A model generated the notes under the pieces. That model saw only the letters and a list, made by a program, of their open reading frames with translations. It made no database searches and had not been told where the DNA came from. From contig NC_042997.1 in the NCBI RefSeq assembly GCF_006345805.1, forward strand, positions 163,618,001 through 163,682,000: 64,000 bases of DNA, given 5' to 3'. Position numbers and translations under genes: made by a program. Origin of the DNA: Octopus sinensis. Taxonomy: Eukaryota. Of this stretch, positions 1-14,798 are shown piece after piece (positions within the stretch are counted from its first letter, which is position 1; every line of letters begins with the position of its first letter).

Positions 1-2924
1 AAACAAAAGCTAATTAAAAGCCCAGACATTTACAGTTTTTATCAATTGTATTTATTTATATCTGCAATAAATATAAATATTGAAATATTTTTCAACTGTT
101 AAAATGATGTACTAACATCTTCTTTACAACTCATAGAGATTTATCATGCATTTAAGTTAGAAGTTGGGGTCATATAATAATTAGAAAATTCAGTAGGGGC
201 TCAGACTACCTAATGTTAAATAGGTTTGTTTAAAAATAACTGGGTCTTCTAAAGAGGGAGAAAACTCTATCAAACCTTCTGTATCTTTCAAAACCATTAA
301 CTGTTTCTATCTTCTCATCCAGTTATATTAATCTAAGTTTGGATTCACACATACATAATAAATTTTGTTTGGCCCTATTGGAGTTATCTCTCTTACTAAT
401 TGGTTCAGCTGTATTGTTGATATTTATCACCAGAAGCCCTGCATTTCCTCTTCTTATATAAAAGTTTACTTTACTGCTATGGAATTTTATGTTTGATCCC
501 ACTGTTCAACTTGGCCAAGTGTCTTCTACCATAGCTTTGAATTGACCAATGTGTTGTAAGTGAAATTTTGGTTGATGGAAACTGTGGGAGCTATCCAGGA
601 ACTGTTCTTATTATTGGATAGTAGACTTAATCTGGATTTGGTTCTTGCCTTTATCAAAGGTAGCACTGCTGTAAGCATTCAAGCCATGCCTCCAGTCTGA
701 GTAAACCATTGAAAATAAAAAAAATACACTCCTGGAATATGCATCTTTATTGAAAAATGATCAATATTTAACAATGTATCAGTTGCTCAACTTATTTTTG
801 GAATTGATTAAATCACTTCATGTAATCTAGTTAGTATTCAATTTATGCTATGCATTAATTACCATTACTTGTAGGAAATAGAAAAAATGTATAAATTAAC
901 CAAGAAAGTTTTTAAAGAATTAATTGCTCTTTGGAGATTAAATTGAAGGGGTTTTACTGATAAAGAAAATTCTAATTTATTCTTCTTGTAATTTATATCC
1001 TGTTTCTATTTATGAAGATGTTAATTAATGATCCTACCAGGCCAAGTTATTTTGTGTTTAGTTGTTTGAATAATGATAGCTATTTCTATTTTAAGAAATC
1101 ATTAATAAAAAAGAAATTATTCTTAACTTACTCCTACATTTATATTTTCTATCATCAGCTGTTGTAAGTGAACATAATAGTTCACAACTCTTATTTATTT
1201 TTTATGTTTAAATAAATAAAACTTTAACAAGAAATGATTTTTTACAAATTATAGTTTCTTAATTTTAAATTCAATTGAATTATCTAGTAAATAATTTTGA
1301 ATATACATTCAATTTATGTAGATTTTATTTTGTAGTCTACATTAAAAATGAAAAACATTTTATTATAATTTTATTTTTCTCAGATGATATTTATTTATTT
1401 ATTTATTTATCCGTTAGAAATGTCATGGAAACATGTGTTAGAGGTCAAGTAGTTAATCTTAGCCACCTTTAATTTCTTGGGTATAAAAAATAAGCAAACA
1501 AACAAATAAAAGTTCAAAACTTCTCTACCTATTTATACACATGCAAAATACAAATTATTGTAACACTTGCAATGTAGCAAACACATAACACAATCATAGC
1601 TGTATATAAGCTGGCAATATAGTTTTTCATTTCTTTACTTCACACAGAAGAATTGCCAGCTATCTGTTCGTCAGTGTGTTGTTAGCCACCCAGTACGTTT
1701 GATATTCTTACCTTATTACAGATGTTAAAAGTGTATAAATACTATTGATAACATACTGGGTGTGCCCAAAGTTGTTCTTTTGGGATGGTCTTGCTTAACA
1801 CTATACATTATAAGTAGCTGCTGTATTGTTCCATCACAATCAGAAAGAAATTCATCTTTTTCTTATCGCTTGGTCAGTTTGTGATACTGTATATAAAAAC
1901 AACTAAGGATTTGGGATTTTACTTGCATTACTCAAAACACTTAATAATTTTCATCCTTTCACTCATTTTACCTATGTAACAGCTGATTAAGTAAACCAGG
2001 TAATGTTTTTGAATATCTCAACACAAATATTGTTATTATTTTTTCTTTTCTCTTCCAAATCATAAATTACTTGTACAAATATAATTTAACCTGTTTTTCT
2101 TACTTGGAAACATTTGTTCATTGTAATTTTCAATGTTTGTTGTAGGTTATTATAGTGTAAACATTAATTGAAGCAACTCGTTCTTTGACAGCTAATGTAT
2201 AAACAATCAAAAGATAATAATTTTTCAATATTATTCCTTGTAATATTTTCTCTTAACAGTAAAATATTAATTTAACATTTAGAATCGGTTGCATCAAGGT
2301 AATCACTAACCATTTAAAATATACATATACTGTTATACACACCTGTTTATTTTGTAATTATATATGATTAAGTATCATTAGTTAGAATATTATTTTTAGT
2401 ATACAATTTTTACATATAGTAGGATTTTTATACGAAATTCCTGTTTGTTGGCAGTAAATGTTTCTTCTCAAATTTCTTTTCCTTGACTGTAAAGCAGTAT
2501 TTTATCGTATGTTTCTTATAAACTACTAATATTACTTGTAAAGTAGAAGGTTACTATTTTTATTTACTGTGGCTATATTTTCAAACTACCTGCTGTCTTA
2601 GTAATAGCGATCTCTCTACTTGCTCAGACTGGCTAGATGTAAACTAGTAAAGTTTCTGACTGACTGACTGACTTACCTACCTCAGGTGATCTTGCAACTT
2701 GAAAGGTTTCTGCATTGAGTATTTACATAGAAATCCTCAGTGTTGCACTTATGCATATGCATCATGGGCATTCCCACATGTAGAGACAAATTACAGGTGT
2801 ATATAGTTTCCAAATTTGCTGTGTATATGAGTGTGTCTTTGTGTGTCTATCTGTTTATCTATCATTCTATGTCTGTCTGTCTATCTCTCACTTGCACTCT
2901 CTCACTCTCTCGCAGCTACACGTA

Positions 2925-2966
<42 letters not shown>

Positions 2967-4395
2967 AACACAAACATACACACCCACACACACAAACATT
3001 GTGTTTGTGAGTGTATCATCATCATCATCATCATGTGTTTGTGTGTGCAGTAATATACATACATGTATACACATACATATGCATATAAATAAATATAATA
3101 ATAAAATAATAATATGTAATAAGTGTAATAAATAAAGTAACAAACAAAAATTACCTTTACAATAAAATATATGTTGAGACAATTTCTTCATGAGGAAAAG
3201 GAATGACAAAGAGGTCAACTTGAAGATTCTCAATTTTTTTTTATATAATTTCATAAGTTTTGAATAAGACTGTTCTATTTTTATCATTCTAGTTTAAATA
3301 AATCTATTTAACCACAATTTCCAACACAAATCAATACACTTGCACTCATGTGCGCACATGCGCATGCACACAGCCACCCACACACACACACACACTTGCA
3401 TATGTAAATATTAATTTATTTTAGGAATTATGACTAAACAGATTTATTTAAACCACATTTATAAAAGTGGAACATTCAAATGAAATTATGTAAAAAAAAA
3501 AAATTGAGAATTTTCATATTTGACCATTTTGTCATTCTTTCTCCTTGTGATTCTAATGTAAAGAAATTGTCTTGATATATGTTGTATTGTAAAGATATTT
3601 TATTTATTTTTTTCCAGTCATATTTATCATTAATCCATGCATGTTTAAATAATTTTTAAATAGCTGTCAAAATAGATCACCTTAAATGCTTTGGTTAAAA
3701 GCCAGAGTTAATAGAGTTAAATAGATGTCTTGTAGAAACAACATATTTTGTGCAAACAGTCAAAATTATCATTTAATATGAAATTTTCTAGTAACAGTTA
3801 CAATTTTATTAATTGTTGTTAACACCATCCTCATATTAATTCTATTTTTGCTTTTTACAAGTCAAATAAATATAGTTGTTTCTAATTCTTAATATATACT
3901 TACACAGGGTTGATTTTATTATATAAATATATGTATTTGAAAGGCATTATATTTATCTGATTATTTACAAACTTGGTTGCTTATCTCCAGAAATCAAATA
4001 TCGAATCAATGATGGGTTTAGTATATTTTCTGCTTTAATTACCATTTGTAATGTTTTTATAATGATAATTTCTAATGATAGTTTAATCCAAGTGAGATAG
4101 TGTTTTAAGTGATAAGTATCTAATGGAATACCTAAACATATTTCAAAAGTTTTTTAAAATCTAATTCTTATGGTAACTTCTATAATTTATATTTCATATC
4201 TATATTCTTATTGTTTGTTATTTTTTAATTCCCAAAATTATATATAGACAATTTTATTCATTAACTTGCAGATATAAAGTTTTGAATAAAAGCACTTCCA
4301 ATTTTATGAAATCCAACAAAGTTGCTATCATTAATAGCAATCAAGAGAAATTATAAACTCAACAGTATATAGTTAGATTTATTTTTTATATTATA

Positions 4396-4612
4396 AAGGT
4401 GATGAGTTAGAATCATTAATGCATCAGACAAAGCGCTTAATGGCATTTATTTTGGCTTTTTACCTTCTGAGTTCAGATTATGCCAAGATCAACTTTACTT
4501 TCATCCCTCTGGGATCAGTAAGATAAAGTGCCAGCCAATATTGGGGTTGGTGTTATTGACTAATCGTCTCTCTTAAAATTGCTGGCCTTGTGCCAGAATT
4601 GGAAACAATTAT
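4396..4612 (+). mobile_element. SINE family B copy, diverged; other diverged or partial copies at ~23857-24028 (-), ~27865-28090 (+), ~29680-29765 (-) and ~35480-35685 (+)
   Basis: Shared ttctgagttca...caacttt(a/g)c(t/c)tttcatcc...ctggccttgtgcc blocks; boundaries are approximate. Confidence 0.7.
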
Positions 4613-5474
4613 TTACATATAACTAGGTAGATTATCTTTGCATTAAAATGATTATATTATTTCTGCTTTTTTACTAATTGGAAAAGTTTTATAGCAATGT
4701 ATTAATTTATTTGTACTATGTCCATGCTGAGTGAAGCAGTTTTTTTAACTGGACATAGGCATGATTGTTTAGTTAAGACATTTGCTTTGCAACTAAATTA
4801 CTGTGGATTTAATCAACTCAATACAATAAGGGCTAAAAGAAAGTCCTTAAAAATTAGTTCCAAATCACATCATTTCTGGAATGCTTTTTAAAGTCAAGAA
4901 CAGGTGCTTATTTCAAGCCAAGAACAGGTGCTAATCGTTTATTGTTTTCCTTATAAAATATTATTTCTAGAATGACTCAGTGTCCGTTTGTCATTTTATC
5001 ATCAAGTGTCATTTTTTTGTACATGTGCCAACTTATATTTACTAAATATATGGAAAGACACTCATCATCATTATTATCATCATCATCAACTGTCCGTTTT
5101 CCATGCTGACATGGGTTGGACACTATCAATGGTAAAATCCTGGAACAGTGACATAAAATTGTCATTACAGGGAAAGAGTCATGGCAAAGACTATGGAAAA
5201 TAAACTATTCTGCATATTTCATTAACTGAGAACTAAGTTAGTAAACCTAGCATACAATTCAGTCTAACATGACAACCACTAGTGGAAAAGAGTTTAAATA
5301 ATTCTTAAATTGACATGTGTTAGTATTATTTTTCCATGGCAGAATAAGAGAAGGCTATTGGAACTCCTTGTGAAATAATACCAGTTTGTGAGTTCAATTT
5401 CAGCTTGTGTTTATTATACCTGAAGATGAGTAGTGACTAAACTGTTTAAAGGGATATGCTTTAAGGAAGGGAGG

Positions 5475-5478
<4 letters not shown>

Positions 5479-5543
<65 letters not shown>
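5479..5543. repeat. (GA)n microsatellite; many other (CA)n, (TA)n and (CT)n tracts, e.g. 2920-2995, 10990-11063, 11519-11651, 12000-12155, 24780-24910, 27186-27231, 27781-27840, 34025-34152, 60715-60772 and 63640-63845
   Basis: Directly visible. Confidence 0.95.
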
Positions 5544-5549
<6 letters not shown>

Positions 5550-5929
5550 GATGTAAGATTGATAGTCTGAAAGTTCTTTTATCACTACTTTTCAGTAGAA
5601 AAGTTGTGTCCCAGCATATCTACAACTTATTAGCTGGAGCTAGTAAAAGGGTATAATCAAGTTTGATTGCATTTGAATTTTGTAAAGCAGTGTGTGAATT
5701 GTATCTACAAGGATATGTTTAGTTTCTACCTGATTAAGTTATCTAAGATTGTTATAGTTTGGAACAGTTTTATACGATTGTTTTCTTTTGAGAGATGTCA
5801 AGGAAATTACTCATTAAACTCATGTCAGCATGGGAAATAGATATAAATGGTAAACTGAATTTTTAAAATTTAAGTAATTTCTAGGTTTTAAATCTAGTGA
5901 TAATGTCAAATGTTGATATGTATATATGT

Positions 5930-6383
5930 ATGCTGGTGGCATGCAAAAAGCACCTGTTGAGTGTTGGGCCTCACGGAGGTAATGTGGCTGATGCCAGTGT
6001 TGCGCAACTGGCACCTGTGCTGGTGGCATATAAAAAACATCTTTCGAGTGTTGGCCTCATGGAGGCAATGGCAAAAGATTGAGACTTTTGGCAATATGCT
6101 GTGCTTGAGAAGAAAACCCATCAAGCCAAGTGAAATCGTAGTCATAGGAGATACTGGTGTCATGCAACTGGCACTCATGCTGGTGGCACTTAAAAGCACT
6201 TATGCCAGTGGCATATAAAATCATCCATTTCACTTTTGGAGTGGTTGGCATTAGGAAGAGTATCCAGCCATAGAAACCATGCCAAATCAGACTGGAGTCA
6301 GGTGCAGGCTCTCAGCTCACCAGCTCTGGTCAAACCGTCCAACACATGCCAGTATGAGCTACAGATATTAAAAGATGATGATG
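5930..6383 (+). mobile_element. RTE-type LINE 3' end / LINE-tailed repeat ending in (GAT)n; related pieces at ~19255-19500 (-), ~20090-20380 (+), ~24480-24755 (+), ~34160-34292 (-), ~36749-37140 (-) and ~63845-64000 (+)
   Basis: Shared block gtggttggcattaggaagggcatccagc...ccaacccatgccagcatgg...gatgatgatg in all copies; boundaries are approximate. Confidence 0.65.
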
Positions 6384-9300
6384 TAGCTGCAAAAACCTCT
6401 TCTCTACAATCCTAAATCCAAATTCACACTGTTTCTAAAAGTGACCACTTTACTAACTAGCCTGCTAGTTCAGCTATCTTACACTGAAGTTATGAAATAG
6501 AAAGTGTAAGACAAAGGAAGGAAAATAGAGAATTAAAATTGTTCGTTGAACTTGTTGAAAATAGCAACCAAAGCTGTCACAAATTACATACAACCATCTT
6601 AAATAAAAGTTATATTGAGTGTTAATAATTCGTGATATACAAACAAGATTGTCAAGACTAGAATGCTTTTCATCATTGTTTTGTCTGGCTATGACTGGTC
6701 TGGGAACACAGTTAACAACAGAGTTTACTTTGAACCAACATATAATGTATTTACTATAATGTATTTATTTATTATAATGACTAGTTACCAACCGCATGGA
6801 GAGCTTTATCTGCTAGTATCTACAATGCATTGATTTTGTGATAGAAATCAAATCATTTCTGGTCTTCAGGGGTTTGTCCTTAATTTCGGTTTAAGAGACT
6901 TTATAAAGTAATAATGAAAATGAGACCTTAGAAATTAGATATTTACTCTGAAATTTAAATTTTATGTTATAAGTTCAAATGACACATTTCTTAAGTTTGC
7001 CTTTTTCTGTCTTTATTTAGAACTAGTCTACTGTTTTTAAAACTTGGGAACTAATATTAAACTTCTGTATTTTTATCCTTAACTATGCTTATTTTATGGA
7101 AATAACTGTACTGAAGTATTAATAATTGTGTTTAATTTCTAGATATTATAAACTGTTGTGAATAAATAACTCCCTAATATTATAACTTACACTTGCATAG
7201 CTTAAGCTTTGAGACAAGCATATGACTACTTTGAAACTTTCAAGATAATTTTCACTTTAAATTTGTAAATAATACTTTCACAGGATCTTAAAACTAGAGC
7301 ATATTCTTATATTAGTAGAGATATAAGATTTCTTACATAGAAACATAGTGATACTTAATCAAGATACTCTCACTTTATCTGCTCAATTGTACAGTTACAA
7401 TGGTATGTTTGTTCAAGACCTTTCTCAAACTATAGTTTCCTTTTGAAAATACTCCTCTTTTTAATTTCTCAATACCTTTTCAATCTTGAGGCTAACAGAG
7501 ATATGTATTCTATTCAATAAGGCTATAACTGGCATACCAAACTATATATTTATTATATTACTTTATCTGAATTCATTACATTCTTATGAATCTTCTAATT
7601 GATATATTTACATAGTATAGGATTACTACTTATTCCCTTTCTAAATACAAAACAAGGTCGCCATTCTATTTTGCTGGCTTGTAAAGGTTTCTGTCATGTT
7701 CAGTCTCAATCCCTTTATAGGTTTCATATTTCTTTTGCAAGCCTTTGGGTTTTCAATGAAACCAGGTCATCTGCATTGTAAACACTATTTAGCTCTTAAG
7801 AGAGAATTTATACTTCAAAACTGAAATAGTTTATCATTCCCAGTTTTTTGCTTCTGTTTTTCTTTTTCTTTTTCAATATTTGAATTGCTTACATAATACA
7901 GTTGTTAGAATTTGAAGACTTCATCTTGAAAAATTTTGTAACTTAGTATATTATTTACTTGGATTTTAAAATTAACTTTTCTTGTTGAAATGAATGTCTT
8001 TGACTGCTGTGCAGAGATTTTTGACTATCTCCTGTTCATAGTTATACATCTTACAATATGTTATTAAATACTAAATATACAGTACGATGGTACTATATAA
8101 AATAGTGATGGTACATCCTTTTTTAGGTCCTATGTGCCAGTACAATCCTGATATTGGAGTGCCACTTACATGTTTGCATGTATTGAGTTTTATGTAAATG
8201 TTTATAGATAAGTTTTTTACATTATGATACTGCTGGGAGACTATTTTGAAACTCTACCATGTGTCACTTAAAAACTTATGTTGTGTAAGTACTAAACCCA
8301 TGTCATAGTTTTGCCATTACTTATATGAAACTAATAGTATATAATCAATTTTAACTTAGTTGACAACACTGATATCATGCTAGGCATAAGTACCTTATTT
8401 ACATCTTTCATTTATATCCATTATTAGGTTTTCAAAAGTGATCTGCATTTCAGTCATTTATTTTTACAGTAATTGTTTACTATCAAATGAGTTAGTTAAC
8501 AAGCTTAGAAAAGTCAGCCTTACAATTTCATTTGTAGAGTAACAAGTTAAAACGAGTGAAGTTTGTTAAGTTTAAACAATTACTCATAGTTCATAAAGTA
8601 CTTATCACAATGCACCTGTGCAATAAACAAAAGAATGTAGAATAGATAAATTTCAGGTTGAAATCTATAGGTTTAGTGAGTTTCCGTTTCAGAAACTGGG
8701 TATGATAAAGAGACAAGAAATTTTGCACTACTCTTATTATAATAAAAGGTCAATCTATGACAATTCTAAAATCCAAATGAGACAATCAGTTTATTTTTTT
8801 TGACAGTATATTTGAGAATAGTTTTGAAATCATCATAAAGACATATTCATTTCATAGCCACACAAGCATAGATGTTACTTGTTGAAAACTGTAATTTGCA
8901 GCATGGTAAAAGTTAATTTGGGGATATTTTTGAAAGCAAATAATTGTTTTGTGCAATATATAAAAACAACAAAAATTTTTTTAAATAATAATTTAAAAAT
9001 ATATTTATCTCCCAAATTATTTTTTTTACATTCAAAAAACAAAACAAAAAGAACAAACTAATCAATTTACAATTCCTATTCTTCCCTTTCTTTGCATATA
9101 CAACTAGCAACTTTATTACCAGGATAGGCTTTGTTTAGCATATATGTCTAGTTTTGTTTATTAATCTATGATAACTCTCCAATTGTTCCTTTCTCTTGTT
9201 ATCACTACATGCCAGTTTGTACACATTGATACACATGTTATCCATTACATCTTGTTTTGTTTTTAACATCTGCTTAACTATCCTAAATACTTTGATTTTC

Positions 9301-11007
9301 ATCCTTCTTCCTGAATTTAGAAAAGTCACTTGTTCTACTTCCTTAGATATTCTGTTCTTGTATAGCTTTCACATTTATTTGTATACTACTGCTTTTATAC
9401 TCTGTTTTCAGCTGCTTCTAAATTTGTAGTCTACTAGAATATGAAGTTGCTGAATAGACCATGTTTAGGATATCAGTTATAGAAATATTTTTTAATGATT
9501 TAGATATAAAGTTTAAATAGGTAAACCTAGATTTTTTTTTTGTAAACCTATTTGATGTTAAATTAATTTCAAATATTTTATCACCCTTATCCTCATACAC
9601 ATCCATATAGTACTGATAAAAGTCATTAATCTCTTTTTATTGGTTAGAATTTATCTTGCATAAAGGTTACACGTGATCTTAATTTGATGTTTCCAACATC
9701 CTGTTGTTCTGAATGTTTGAAAATTAAATCACTTATAACATCTATTAAAAAATGGGAAAATATTCACTACATAATATTTTACTCCTTTGCTCATAATTAA
9801 AGTTATTAGTTTTATACCATTTTTCATTTACTTTTCCTGGCATGACACCAACATAGGGAATGTTGAAGTTAAAGTGTTGTCTCTTCTCAGCTTGGATTGT
9901 AAAATAAGAAAAGTTTAGTTTAAGCTATCAAGGTGAATATTTGTATGTGTAAGTTAGCATTACTATAAATTTTGGGAACAACTTTTCATTGATATTCTTT
10001 TGTGGTATTTCTTTGTTAAGTTATTTGATCTAAGATTGTGTATTAAAACCAATGCATTTTTGTACTGTAGCTGAATCAGATTAGCCATTCAGAGCATACA
10101 CACAATGTTGTATTTATTTTTTATTTATTTTTAGTACTGTATGTTGCATTTTATATAATACACTTTTTCTTTAATTTAAGATTATAAAATGTAGATTTTA
10201 AAAATATTTTTGCGAAGCATAACTCTACATATTAGTAATAAAATAAAGTTCTTGTATTAGGAAAGGTATAATACTTTTACCACATTTATGCAATTTTTCT
10301 AATAGATTTTTTTTTTTGTGTAAAAATTTTGTATTGGTACCAGTCACACATTTACAATTATTCAGAGCATAATAGACGATTGAAATGAAAGAGGCTTTTA
10401 AATAGTGAGCTGTTAGTTGACCATAAAAGATAATTTGAAGTGTCAGACATTGACTGCAGGAAGGGTGAATTGATAACAGTTGGTAATGGTTTAATAAGTG
10501 GTAAGAACTGAGGTGAAGTTAAGCTAGCTACTAAACAACTAATTAAGTTATCAGTTGTATAAGTTTAAGATTTTATTGGAATTTAATGATTATCTGGTTA
10601 TGTACGAACTGATTGATATGTCAATAGGTTTAGTGTGTTATTTTATAACATTTGTTAATGCTAATTACCACTTTTAAAATTTTTTATTTCTTTGTGTAAA
10701 CAGTACCCCAACCAATAAGTACATGATTAATCAGTTGAGTAGAGATGTGCACATCTTTTCAATGTAGTTTCTTTGGAAACTCTTTTTCACCCTTACTGAT
10801 CCCACTTGCCAATACTGTTACCACATCTTTCATCATCATCATCATTAAGATTTTTATTATTTTATGTGTGTTTCTCTCATGGCATGGATTAGGCAGGTTC
10901 TCAGCATTCTTTCATTTGTTACAATCTTTTGTCATCTGGTTCACAAAGCAACAGAGAACTGTTGCACATTTGTCTGTCTGTCTGTCTGTACACACACACA
11001 CACACGT

Positions 11008-11059
<52 letters not shown>

Positions 11060-11614
11060 GAGAGATACTTTACAAAACTATTATTTATGTAGAGAGACCA
11101 CAATGACTTTTCCAAGAAGGAAGTGTGATACCAAGAATTAAATGTTGCCTTCAGCATATATGTGACTATTTTGAGGAATACTGTCTCTGTGGGACAATTT
11201 CAAGGAACATAGTTAGCTGACATGTTGTCCTATTTAGGATTGCTTCTATTTTCTATTTAATTTTCTAGAATTGTTGATTGTTATATGTAATTTTACAGAA
11301 TGTCATATAACATGATTGAGTTAAAATAAGTTACATAAGTTTAGAGATTCTGAATGTTAGATTGAATTTTAGCCTTGCAACTGAATTATAGTTAATGTTT
11401 TGCATCTTGTATTTTTTAACTTTAATAAGATTACAACTCCATAATCAATAAGGCTAAAATTTTATTCTACTTAATAAGTTTTTAATATGGGCTCTTATGA
11501 ATTATGAAAGCAGAAATGATTATATATATATATATATAATATATATATATATATAATATATATATATATATGTTATCAGCTATCACTTTAAAGAATTCTG
11601 GTATATGTAGTGTG

Positions 11615-11656
<42 letters not shown>

Positions 11657-11663
11657 GGAGAGG

Positions 11664-11995
11664 AAACCCTCTTTGGTCATGAATGACCATGGGATTGCAC
11701 CTAGAAAGTTACCCTCCTAGGCACAAGTCTGGGCAAGGTTGTTTGTGGAAGGCCAGCAGTCACCCATGCATACCAGCCTCCCATCTCCACACCACTGATG
11801 TTGTCCAAGGGAAAGGCAAAGGCCAATACAGCTTGGCACCAGTGATGTCACAACTCATTTCTACAGCTAAGTAAACTGGAGCAATGTGAAATAAAGTGTC
11901 TTGCTCAAGAACACAACACACAGCCCCGTCCGGGAATTGAACTCACAACCTCATGATCATAAACTCAACACTCTAATCAGTGAGTCATGTACCTT
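11664..11995 (-). mobile_element. SINE family A copy
   Basis: Reverse complement of the 24079-24412 element along its full length. Confidence 0.85.
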
Positions 11996-12046
11996 TACAT
12001 ATATATAATTTCTCCATTATATATATATATATATATACACACACAC

Positions 12047-12107
<61 letters not shown>

Positions 12108-12112
12108 GACAT

Positions 12113-12143
<31 letters not shown>

Positions 12144-13442
12144 TACATACATACGTACATGTATTACTGTCAAATCCTTTATAAGACAATATACAGAAAG
12201 GAATACTATCCTACCTCATATTGCACTACCCTGCATATGTCTATGTCTGAATTCTGAAAAGCTACAGTTTGCAATTAAAATGTAGTTCAGTATGTAATAG
12301 CATGTAGATAAAGCTGTTCATGGCTTATATAATGGCGCTAGGGTCATTTATGGCAATTTGCCAGTGCATCTACAATTTCTGTGTTAGATAATGCACTTGA
12401 TGCATGTATAAGAAACAGCAGAACATTTTGTTAAGTGACTGAATCAGTTTTAGTGTTAGTTATAATTGTTCAGTACTTTGAGAAGTCTCAGTGTTGACAA
12501 TGAAATTTCTTGTATATAAAAGATAAAGCCATACGATACATATGTTAGAACTGTAATACTATATGACTGAAGAAAGAGAAGTTCTGCAAAAATGGGAAAG
12601 AAATGAGATGAGTAAAGATTTACTGGATGTGTGAAGTCTGTATATATAAATACAAGCATTGACTCCCAAGACTGAATTTGGATCTGAGAAGGCAGAAAAG
12701 AATTAATGATAAGTGATATTTGTGAAGTGAAAAGAAAAAAAGAAAAGAAAAGAAAAGAAAAAAAAGGATAATTAGGTAATAGAAACATGTGTTGAGAAAT
12801 CATGGTGAGATCAGATGGTGAAATGTAGAATGGTGGAGGAAGATAGGAAGATAGTTATCAGAAGTGGTAGGCTGGAAAAATAACGAGATTGTTAGGGCTA
12901 ATTTAAAATAGCAAGGATTCACAAATTACATTTATCAGATACAGCCACTTAGTTTATTGATGAGAAATCAAACGTAGCAAATAAGTAAATACTAATTAGA
13001 TAATTAAATGTAGTTTGTAATATTGTCACTATGTTTTCTTTTATTTAATCATCATTCATATTTGTATTTACTAAACTAAATGAATAGTATCTTCTTTTAT
13101 CCTTTTCGGGTATCCCTTACTACTAGTAGAGCAAGATAGCCATGAAATAATGTATTTTGACTACTACCTGCTTATAGATCACAAGTTAGAATCCCTTGCA
13201 GGCATTAAGTTATGTTTCTTGGCAAAACACCTTATTCTACATTGCCTCTTTCAACCTTTCTGCTAAGAATATGTTTCAAATGATCTGAAAAGCTTACGTG
13301 CACTAGACAGACATCCTATTCAGAGAAAATTTATCTCTTAACTACTTACTGCTGTGAAACCAAAGGTAAGCATTGGCTTGCAAAGCCCCTGAAGGCTTAG
13401 GAAACATTTGCATATTCTGTGTTGTGTATTCATGTGCGAGTG

Positions 13443-13473
<31 letters not shown>

Positions 13474-14223
13474 GCACACACATGCACACACATGCACACA
13501 CACACTATCTCGGGTTTGGTCTCAAACCCTTATTGTTATTACTGAAACAGGACTCTGTCACCATGTCAGAGTCTACTTTTGAAAATGCATTAGAAATGAA
13601 GGCTCTGAAGAAAAGCAAAAGATATACAGTTATTGCAAAGAATATAGACTATTTAGAAAACTGAAAATTCTGAACTAATGCAATCTATTTAAGTTTTGGT
13701 CATGATTATGACTATATACTTTTTCACTTTCATTCCTGAATAAATAGAAAATAATAGGAAGAAACTTTAAGTAACTGAGATTTATATTAAAATGTCAGTG
13801 AATCTTTGTAATGCAAAATGGAAAATTTCCCTCCAAAAATCCTTTTAAAATTCTAAGACAGATCATTGCATTGTCTGGGCATTTTCAATTGTGATGTATT
13901 ATCACCAAAAGATTTGTTGTCTTGAAATATCTCACAAAATAATACTTAACTTATGATGGAGAGCAAGGGACTGGGAATTTTAATTAATAATAGTATCTTT
14001 GGGTAATCATATAAGCTTGGAATTAGACTGCACTGTAAAACATAACCGATTGTATCAGTATCTAAAACATTGTGTAATATATATCTTGTTACCTTTGGAC
14101 TGTTTATATGCCAGAGGCAAGTTCAGTACTTGATGAGTACAGCTGAATGAACATAATTTGTAAATCAAGTTCTGTGTGTGTGTGTTTTATGAAATGAATG
14201 CAATATTCTCAAAACTAATTCAC

Positions 14224-14227
<4 letters not shown>

Positions 14228-14277
<50 letters not shown>

Positions 14278-14421
14278 TATATTATATTTATTTATATATA
14301 ATATATATATTATATATATATATAGATATATATATATATTTATATATATATATTATTATATATATATATATTATATTATATATATATTATATATTATATA
14401 TATATAATATATATATATATT

Positions 14422-14478
<57 letters not shown>

Positions 14479-14516
14479 ATTATATATATTTATATATAAT
14501 ATATTTTATATATATA

Positions 14517-14610
<94 letters not shown>

Positions 14611-14669
14611 ATATATATATATTATATATATTATATATATATATATATTATATATATATTATTTATATA

Positions 14670-14711
<42 letters not shown>

Positions 14712-14760
14712 TATATATATTTATATATATTATATATATTTATATATATATATATATATA

Positions 14761-14798
<38 letters not shown>
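14228..14798. repeat. Very long imperfect (TA)n tract
   Basis: 571 nt containing a single G (14325) and no C. Confidence 0.95.

Noticed and set aside
13554-13664. Possible upstream coding exon (cag|gactctgtcaccATG TCA GAG...MSESTFENALEMKALKKSKR)
   Set aside because: Weak polypyrimidine tract, no GT donor before the stop codon, and no recognisable homology.
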